The translations under genes and the position numbers were made by a program. From Desertibaculum subflavum (lineage in GTDB: Bacteria; Pseudomonadota; Alphaproteobacteria; Ferrovibrionales; Ferrovibrionaceae): a DNA stretch of 24,000 bases. How positions within the stretch are numbered: the first letter of the stretch is position 1; the number at the start of each line of letters is the position of its first letter. Location of the stretch: the NCBI RefSeq assembly GCF_003576705.1, contig NZ_QOZS01000004.1, forward strand, positions 91,610 through 115,609, in the 5' to 3' direction. Shown here piece after piece: positions 18,405 through 24,000 of this stretch. The notes beneath the pieces were generated by a model that searched no databases, was not told where the DNA came from, and saw only the letters and a program-made list of their open reading frames with translations.

Positions 18405-19400
18405 TCACGCGCGCCGCCGCGGCTCGGCGCAGGCCTCGGCGCTCGCCGGCGGCATGCCGATGCGCATGCGGCGCACCTCGTCGTTGACGATGCCGACCAG
18501 CTCGCGGAATTCCGGCGTGTCGGCGCGTTCGGCATCCATCACCAGATCGACGATCGCCCACATCGCGCGGTCGTGCGTGCTGTCGGACACCATCCACTTG
18601 ATGCGGCGGAGGCGAACGCCGCGGTCTTCCTCTTCGCGCGCGGTCATGTCGACCTTGCGATGTAGCTCACCGCCGTTGTTCGGGAAGCGGAGGATCACCA
18701 CGTAGTTGACGAACAGCGTCAGCGCCGCCTCGTCGGGATCGAAATAGGCGACATGGCCTTCGTCGTCCTCTTCCGACTCCCAGTATTCGGGCACGCGGAG
18801 CTGCATGAAGCCGTAGGGCTCGACTGGCTTCAGGTCGCGGAAATTGAAGCGGCTGTCCGGCTTCGGCGGCGGCAGGCGATCGACCAGGGGCAGGTCGGCG
18901 GGCGGCTCGGCCCGCAGGATCTGCGGGCGGAAGAGGTCGATCAGGTCCTGCGTCCTCGGCCGATCGGCCAGGCGCGATCCGTATTCGAGACCGAGCTGGC
19001 CGACGAAGTAGACGTCGTCGCGCGACCACAATCGGAACAGGCGGAAGACGTGGAAGCCGTCGCCCGTGTCGCTCGCGGCCTCGATCAGGGCGCGGTCGCC
19101 CTCGCGCATCGTCGCGACCGGCTGGGCGAGGCCCTGTTCCTCCACTCCTGCGACGATGCTTTCGACCAATCCGTCACGCTGACGTACCGGGTCGCGGCGA
19201 AGCGGGAAGACGTCGAAGGTGATCTGAACCCGGTAATCGCCATCCGGATCGGCGATCCAGATCAGGTCGCGATGGCTGAGTTCGCCGCGCCAATGGTCCG
19301 GCGCATAGATCGGATCGCGCCGGCCTGTCGAGCGATCGAGCACCTCGAACCGCTTCAGCGGGAAAAACCGCGTCCGATTTCCGTCCAGCTCGTGCATCAT
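18405..19400 (-). CDS. Uncharacterized protein, paralog D (first gene) of the array; no signal peptide
   Basis: 331 aa from MMHELDGNRTRFFPLKRFEV, with GAGG 6 nt upstream of the ATG at 19400. An alternative upstream ATG at 19472 would add 24 non-hydrophobic residues. It is alignable with B and C throughout. Confidence 0.7.
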   Translation of the reverse strand: MMHELDGNRTRFFPLKRFEVLDRSTGRRDPIYAPDHWRGELSHRDLIWIADPDGDYRVQITFDVFPLRRDPVRQRDGLVESIVAGVEEQGLAQPVATMREGDRALIEAASDTGDGFHVFRLFRLWSRDDVYFVGQLGLEYGSRLADRPRTQDLIDLFRPQILRAEPPADLPLVDRLPPPKPDSRFNFRDLKPVEPYGFMQLRVPEYWESEEDDEGHVAYFDPDEAALTLFVNYVVILRFPNNGGELHRKVDMTAREEEDRGVRLRRIKWMVSDSTHDRAMWAIVDLVMDAERADTPEFRELVGIVNDEVRRMRIGMPPASAEACAEPRRRA

Positions 19401-19428
19401 CCCTGCCTCGCGCTTAGAACGAACAAGG

Positions 19429-19456
19429 AACATACTGATCGACGCGGCCCGATCAA
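19429..19456 (-). promoter_or_regulatory. Putative sigma-70 promoter of the paralog array
   Basis: On the minus strand: TTGATC (19456..19451), 16 nt, then TATGTT (19434..19429). It lies about 30 nt upstream of the D start at 19400. Confidence 0.35.
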
Positions 19457-19462
19457 CTACCA

Positions 19463-19494
19463 ATTCGTGCATTAACTATCTTTGATGCACGAAT
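19463..19494. promoter_or_regulatory. Perfect 10-bp inverted repeat (candidate operator/activator site) in the divergent control region
   Basis: ATTCGTGCAT (19463..19472), 12 nt AT-rich spacer taactatctttg, then ATGCACGAAT (19485..19494). It sits just upstream of the putative -35 of the array promoter and next to the AT-rich block at 19519..19554. Confidence 0.55.
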
Positions 19495-20477
19495 CCGCCC
19501 GCCGTACCGGCAAGAGCGTACTATATAGAGAATATAAATTAAATAACTCTCATTGCGGGTATCGCGGAGTTGCGACTGGCCGGCCCGCGGGGCATGCCTA
19601 TGCTCCCCGCCAGCACCCGCCCGGAGCTTTCGCCCTGTATCCCTGGCTTGACCGCACCGGTCGCTTTTCCGCCCTGAAAGCCCTGACCTTCGCGCTCGTC
19701 CTGGCGCCGGGTCTATGGCTGGTCGCGCAAGGCCTGGTCGAAGGGTTCGGCGCCGAGCCGATCAAGACGGCGCTGCGCAATCTCGGCGACTGGACGGTGC
19801 GCTTCCTGCTGCTCGCCCTGCTCGTCACCCCACTGCGCCAGATCGGGCGCTGGCCGCGCCTGATGCTGGTGCGGCGCATGCTGGGCGTCACCGCCTTCGC
19901 CTATGCGGCGGTGCATTTCACGCTCTACATCGCCGATCAGAGCTTCAATCTCGCCGTGGTCGCGCGCGAGATCTGGCTCCGCGTCTATCTCACCATCGGC
20001 TTCGTCGCGCTGGCCGGCCTGACGGTGCTGGCGGCGACCTCGACCGACCGCATGGTGCGGCGGCTCGGCGGCCGGCGCTGGCAACGCCTGCACCGCGCCG
20101 CCTATCCGCTCGCCGCCCTCGCGCTGATCCACTTCCTGCTGCAGAGCAGCAAGTCGGGCATCGACGAGGCCGTGCTGATGTCGGGCTGCTACATCTGGCT
20201 GATGGGCCATCGCCTGATGCAGGCGGGCTTCGCCGCGCCGGGCCCGCTGCACCGCCTCGCCCTCGCCGGCCTTACCGCCTTGCTGACGGCCGCCGGCGAG
20301 GCCGCCTGGTACGGGCTCACCACCGGCATCGATCCCTGGCGCGTGGCCGCGGCCAATCTCGACCCGCTCGGCATGCTGCGCCCGGCCTGGTGGGTGCTGG
20401 CGGCGGGCATCGTCATGGTGGCAATCGACATCGCCCGCGCGACACAGCGCCGCCGCGCGCTGCAGCCCGCGACCTAG
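19485..20477 (+). CDS. Ferric-reductase-like transmembrane domain protein (MsrQ/YedZ-like heme-b subunit), start uncertain
   Basis: The core from about 19634 is YPWLDRTGRFSALKALTFALVLAPGLWL...GDWTVRFLLLALLVTPLR...GVTAFAYAAVHFTLY...WQRLHRAAYPLAALALIHFL. That is the MsrQ-type helix and His pattern. The only in-frame ATG (19485) lies inside the palindrome and would add about 50 implausible residues. About 100 extra C-terminal residues contain further hydrophobic segments. Confidence 0.75.
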   Translation: MHESARRTGKSVLYREYKLNNSHCGYRGVATGRPAGHAYAPRQHPPGAFALYPWLDRTGRFSALKALTFALVLAPGLWLVAQGLVEGFGAEPIKTALRNLGDWTVRFLLLALLVTPLRQIGRWPRLMLVRRMLGVTAFAYAAVHFTLYIADQSFNLAVVAREIWLRVYLTIGFVALAGLTVLAATSTDRMVRRLGGRRWQRLHRAAYPLAALALIHFLLQSSKSGIDEAVLMSGCYIWLMGHRLMQAGFAAPGPLHRLALAGLTALLTAAGEAAWYGLTTGIDPWRVAAANLDPLGMLRPAWWVLAAGIVMVAIDIARATQRRRALQPAT

Positions 20478-21361
20478 CCGGGCGGCGCCCAGTCGAGCTC
20501 GAAAGCTTCGCCGCGTCCTCTGATATAGGCCGCATGCGGCGCGCCGAAATGCGCCGGCAGCATCAGGCTCCGCGTCTCCGCGCAATGCCCGAGCAGGGCA
20601 TGGCGCGTCGCGCGCGATTGCACCGGATCCTCGCAGGAGCTGGCACTCCACTGCCAGAGGGGCACCTGCAACGGGCTGTGCAGCGCGTCGCCGGCGAATA
20701 CCGCGCGCTTGTCCGCGGAGGCGAGATCGATGCGGAAATGCCCGGGCGTGTGGCCCGGCGCGGCGACGACCCGGAGCGCCGCGTCGCATTCATGCCCGTC
20801 CTCCACCATGGCGACGCGACCCGACTCCATCACCGGCAGGATCGAATCCGCATAGGCCTGGCGGCGGAATTCGGACGCGTCCGGCGCGCCGGCGCGGGCA
20901 TGCCAGAGATCGTGATCGATGCGCGACATCACGTAGGTCGCATTGGGGAAAGTCGGCACCCAGCGCCCGTCCTTCGCTTGCGTGTTCCAGCCGATGTGAT
21001 CGACATGCAGATGCGTGCACATGACGACGTCGATCATGTCAGGTGTCACGCCGGCGGCGGCAAGCCGCTGCAGAAAGGGCCGGTCCTGCAGATGAAAGTC
21101 CGGCATGCCGGGACGCTCTTTGCCGTTGCCGCCGCAGGCATCGATCAGGATGCGATGCCGCGGCGTCTCGACCAACCAGCTGTGAATGCTGAAGCGGATC
21201 TGGTCGCGCGCCGCATCGTAGTGGTGCGGCGCGAGCCAGTCCGCATGGCGGGCGAACTCCTCCGGATCGAAATCGGGGAAGAAGCGCGACGGCGGATCGG
21301 CGGACCAGATGAACTCCTCGATCCGGGTGACGCGCACATCGCCGATCTGCCAGACCTGCAC
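20474..21361 (-). CDS. MBL-fold metallo-hydrolase (lactonase-like)
   Basis: 295 aa with the zinc motif THLHVDHIGWN, later GHTPGH and an Asp/His-containing C-terminal half. The GTG start lies 3 nt after the stop of the upstream paralog. Confidence 0.9.
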   Translation of the reverse strand: MQVWQIGDVRVTRIEEFIWSADPPSRFFPDFDPEEFARHADWLAPHHYDAARDQIRFSIHSWLVETPRHRILIDACGGNGKERPGMPDFHLQDRPFLQRLAAAGVTPDMIDVVMCTHLHVDHIGWNTQAKDGRWVPTFPNATYVMSRIDHDLWHARAGAPDASEFRRQAYADSILPVMESGRVAMVEDGHECDAALRVVAAPGHTPGHFRIDLASADKRAVFAGDALHSPLQVPLWQWSASSCEDPVQSRATRHALLGHCAETRSLMLPAHFGAPHAAYIRGRGEAFELDWAPPG

Positions 21362-21364
21362 GAG

Positions 21365-22255
21365 TTACCCCCGATCCCAGTCGAGCTCGAAGGCGTCGCC
21401 CTTGGCCTTGATATAGGCCGCGTGCGGCGGGGCGAAATGCGCCGGCATGAGCAGCGCGCGCGTCTCGGCGCAATGCGCCAGCAGCTCGCCGCGCGTCCTG
21501 CGCGCCTGCGCCGGGTCCTCGCAGAACCGGCTGTTCCATTGCCAGAGCGGCACCTGCACCGGATTGTGCAGCGCATCGCCCGAGAACACGGCGCGCCGGT
21601 CCTTCGACGCGAGGTCGACCCGGATATGGCCGGGCGTGTGGCCCGGTGTCGGCCGCACGGTGAGGCAGGCATCGCACTGGTGCCCGTCGGCGACGAACTC
21701 GGCCTTGCCCGCCTCCACCACCGGCAGGACGGAATCGTTGTAGGTGTTGACCTGATAGGCGGCCGTCTCCGGCCGCTTCGCCTCGGCCGCCCAGTGGTCG
21801 TGGTCGGTGCGCGACATCACGTAGCGCGCGTTCGGGAAGGTCGGCACCCAGCGGCCGTCCTGAAGCCGGGTGTTCCAGCCGACATGATCGACATGCAGAT
21901 GCGTGCACATCACGAAGTCGACCTGTTCCGGCGCCACGCCGGCCGCCTGCAGCCGGTCGAGATAGGGCGTGTCCAGCATGTCGAAGCGCGGCATGGCGGG
22001 ACGCGGCTTGTGGTTGCCGCTGCAGGCATCGATCAGGATGGTGTGGTGCGGCGTCCGCACCAGCCAGGAATGGATCGATGCGATCAGCTTGCCGCTCTCC
22101 GGCTGGTAGTAGGTCGGCGCCAGCCAATGCTCGTGTGACTTGAAGGTCTCCGCATCGAATTCCGGAAAGAAATCCTTGGCCGGGAAGCCCGGGCCCATGA
22201 TCTCCTCGATACGCGTGACGCGCACATCCCCGATCAGCCGTTCCTGCATGCTCAC
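21365..22255 (-). CDS. MBL-fold metallo-hydrolase (lactonase-like), tandem paralog
   Basis: 296 aa with THLHVDHVGWN and GHTPGH. It is collinear with 20474..21361 over the whole length. Confidence 0.9.
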   Translation of the reverse strand: MSMQERLIGDVRVTRIEEIMGPGFPAKDFFPEFDAETFKSHEHWLAPTYYQPESGKLIASIHSWLVRTPHHTILIDACSGNHKPRPAMPRFDMLDTPYLDRLQAAGVAPEQVDFVMCTHLHVDHVGWNTRLQDGRWVPTFPNARYVMSRTDHDHWAAEAKRPETAAYQVNTYNDSVLPVVEAGKAEFVADGHQCDACLTVRPTPGHTPGHIRVDLASKDRRAVFSGDALHNPVQVPLWQWNSRFCEDPAQARRTRGELLAHCAETRALLMPAHFAPPHAAYIKAKGDAFELDWDRG

Positions 22256-22308
22256 CCCTCCTCTGACCGCGCTATGATGCGGCCAAGATCACGCCAAGGG
22301 GAAGTCTG

Positions 22309-23253
22309 ATGGAAATCCGCAATCTCGGCCGCTCCGGCCTGCGCGTCTCGGCCGTCGGCCTTGGCTGCAACAATTTCGGCATGCGCTGCGATCTGGAAGC
22401 CTCGCGCAAGGTGATCGACAAGGCGATCGATCTTGGCATCACCCTGTTCGACACCGCGGATGCCTATGGCAACCAGGGCGGATCGGAAGAGATCATCGGC
22501 CAGGTGCTGGGCGCCCGCCGCAAGGACATCGTGCTGGCGACCAAGTTCGCCCTGCCGATGGACAAGGCCGAGGTGCTCAAAGGCGCGTCCCGCCGCTACA
22601 TCATGAGCGCCGTGGAAGCGAGCCTGAAGCGGCTCAAGACCGACTGGATCGACCTCTACCAGCAGCACCGCCCGGATCCCCTCACCCCGATCGAGGAGAC
22701 CTTGCGCGCCCTCGACGACCTCGTGGCCCAGGGCAAGGTCCGCTATATCGGCTGCTCCAACCTGGTGTCGTGGCAGGTGGTGGAGGCGCAGTGGACCTCG
22801 AAGGAGCGCAACCTGGAGCGCTATGTCTCCTGCCAGGACGAATACAGCCTCCTGGTGCGCGACATCGAGAAGGAGCTGATCCCGGCGATGCAGGCCTATG
22901 ACCTCGGCCTGCTGCCCTTCTTCCCGCTGGCGAGCGGCCTCCTCACCGGCAAGTACAAGCGCAACGCGCCGCTGCCGCCGGGCGCCCGCCTCACCACCAC
23001 CCAGCGCCTCGCCGACCGCTACATGACCGACGCCAATTGGCCGATCGTCGAAAAGCTTGCCGATTTCGCCGCCTCGCGCGGCAAGTCGATGCTGGAGCTT
23101 GCCTTCTCCTGGCTCGCCTGCCGGCCGCAGGTATCGAGCGTGATCGCCGGCGCGACCAGGCCGGAGCAGCTCGAGGAGAACGTGAAGGCGGCGGGCTGGA
23201 AGATCAGCCCGGAGGACATGGCGGCGATCGACAAGATCACCGCCAAGGGTTGA
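22309..23253 (+). CDS. Aldo/keto reductase
   Basis: MEIRNLGRSGLRVSAVGLGCNNFG...GITLFDTADAYG...SEEIIG...ATKF...DLYQQHRPD...G.VRYIG.SN is the canonical AKR pattern. Confidence 0.95.
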   Translation: MEIRNLGRSGLRVSAVGLGCNNFGMRCDLEASRKVIDKAIDLGITLFDTADAYGNQGGSEEIIGQVLGARRKDIVLATKFALPMDKAEVLKGASRRYIMSAVEASLKRLKTDWIDLYQQHRPDPLTPIEETLRALDDLVAQGKVRYIGCSNLVSWQVVEAQWTSKERNLERYVSCQDEYSLLVRDIEKELIPAMQAYDLGLLPFFPLASGLLTGKYKRNAPLPPGARLTTTQRLADRYMTDANWPIVEKLADFAASRGKSMLELAFSWLACRPQVSSVIAGATRPEQLEENVKAAGWKISPEDMAAIDKITAKG

Positions 23254-23267
23254 GCTCCGGGCCCCGC

Positions 23268-23297
23268 GGCGTCACGCCGCCATGGCGGTGTGACGCC
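23268..23297. terminator. Palindromic hairpin between convergent genes (possible bidirectional terminator, no T-tract)
   Basis: GGCGTCACgCCGCCatGGCGGtGTGACGCC centred on ccatgg, between the AKR stop (23253) and the dehydrogenase stop (23326). Confidence 0.45.
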
Positions 23298-23325
23298 CAG
23301 GCTCGTCGTAGTGTGGAGCGGGCGC

Positions 23326-24000
23326 TCACACGATCTGGTTCTTCAGCGCCGTCTCGCCGCGCCAGAGCCGCCCGAGATTGTCCAGCAGGATGTCGAGCAC
23401 ATTGTCCTCGTAGGCGCGGGTCTCGCCGCCGGTATGCGGGGTGACGAAGGCGTTCGGCAGGTCCCAGAGCGACGATGACGACGCGAGCGGCTCCTCGCGC
23501 GTCACATCGATGCCGGCGCCGGCGATGCGGTTCGCCTTGAGCGCCGCGACCAGCGCCGCCTCGTCCACCACGCGGCCGCGCGCGACGTTGACGAGATAGG
23601 AAGACGGCTTCATCAGGCCGATCGCCTCGGCGCTCATCAGGCCCTCGGTTTCCGGCGTCAGCGCGCAGGTGAGCGCCACCACATCGGCCTTGGGCAGGCA
23701 GGCCTTGAGCTGGCTCATCGCCAGCACCTCGTCGCAGGCATCGCCGCCGGAGGCGGGATCGCGGCGCAGACCGATCACCTTCATGTCGAAGGCCTTGGCC
23801 AACTGGGCGAGGCGGCCGCCGATGCGGCCGAGACCGACGACGAGCAGGGTCTTGCCGCCGAGCTCGTCCTCGCGGATCGACAGGTCGCCGATCATGCCGC
23901 GCCAGACATGCTTGGCCTGGTTGTCGCGCGCTTCCGGCAGGCGGCGGGCCAGCGCCAGGACCAGCGCGATCGCGTGCTCCGCCACGGCGCGCGCGTTGAC
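23326..24000 (-). CDS. D-isomer-specific 2-hydroxyacid dehydrogenase family protein (C-terminal part; the 5' end lies beyond the window)
   Basis: (VNARAV)AEHAIALVLALARRL, the NAD-binding GKTLLVVGLGRIGGRLA, and the catalytic-region blocks NVARG and TPHTGG. The frame stays open to position 24000. Confidence 0.9.
   Translation of the reverse strand, partial: VNARAVAEHAIALVLALARRLPEARDNQAKHVWRGMIGDLSIREDELGGKTLLVVGLGRIGGRLAQLAKAFDMKVIGLRRDPASGGDACDEVLAMSQLKACLPKADVVALTCALTPETEGLMSAEAIGLMKPSSYLVNVARGRVVDEAALVAALKANRIAGAGIDVTREEPLASSSSLWDLPNAFVTPHTGGETRAYEDNVLDILLDNLGRLWRGETALKNQIV

Noticed and set aside
19390-19472. The duplicated ATGCACGA(A/G)(T/C)TGG (MHEL) at 19472 and 19397, considered as evidence for a longer D protein or a duplicated 5' gene fragment
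   Set aside because: The upstream copy is one arm of the 10-bp palindrome. The 24 residues it would add have no signal-peptide character, and the downstream ATG has the better SD. It is kept only as an alternative start.
16302-19475. Three long plus-strand ORFs (16302..17543, 17501..18487, 18753..19475) opposite the paralog array
   Set aside because: I considered whether the plus strand might be the coding one. The minus-strand frames show paralog conservation with conservative substitutions, signal peptides, SD sequences and stop/start coupling, and GC is concentrated at third positions. The plus-strand products are Arg/Asp/Ala/His-rich with no shared motifs beyond what antisense mirroring predicts.
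15048-19560. Possibility that the paralog array is a mobile genomic island
   Set aside because: There is no integrase, transposase, tRNA, direct-repeat boundary or phage gene in or beside it. Apart from paralog A and the promoter block, the composition looks like the rest of the window. Horizontal origin cannot be excluded, but nothing visible here supports it.
19715-22138. 807-aa plus-strand ORF, and the 358/362-aa minus-strand ORFs in other frames, across the msrQ-like and MBL genes
   Set aside because: The ORF crosses three real genes on two strands. Its apparent internal repeat merely mirrors the tandem MBL duplication on the opposite strand, and it has no motifs.

Overview
High-GC chromosomal segment, alphaproteobacterial and Rhizobiales-like judging by gene content, GC-rich codons and regulatory motifs. 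Most of it is ordinary core genome. It holds two tandem phosphotransferase-family paralogs, a patatin-like lipase translationally coupled to a 3-hydroxyisobutyrate-dehydrogenase-family oxidoreductase, and two GSTs. It also holds a zf-CHCC protein plus polA, a cyaY (frataxin) plus ABCB-type exporter operon, rpmE, and a DUF1465/RcdA-like protein. An Hsp20 gene sits behind an RpoH-type promoter and a ROSE-like RNA thermometer. Further genes are a lipoprotein, RraA-family plus GNAT genes, an MsrQ-like ferric-reductase-domain membrane protein, two tandem MBL-fold hydrolases, an aldo/keto reductase and a partial D-2-hydroxyacid dehydrogenase. I see no rRNA, tRNA, CRISPR, transposase or integrase. 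The stretch I cannot explain with known families is 15048..19560. It contains four tightly packed minus-strand paralogs (about 330-380 aa), each built from an internally duplicated module of about 165 aa, with mixed signal-peptide status. They are driven from an AT-rich divergent control region carrying a perfect 10-bp inverted repeat, shared with an orphan msrQ-like gene. Smaller regulatory finds are an EcfG-type (GGAAC-N16-CGTT) promoter in front of a 75-aa charged protein, an orphan terminator that may mark an sRNA, and a REP-like inverted repeat built from 9-nt units after polA. Many long ORFs in the supplied track are antisense or alternative-frame artefacts of high GC and were rejected. 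No identity percentage, GC value or database hit has been computed. All similarity statements are by-eye reading.
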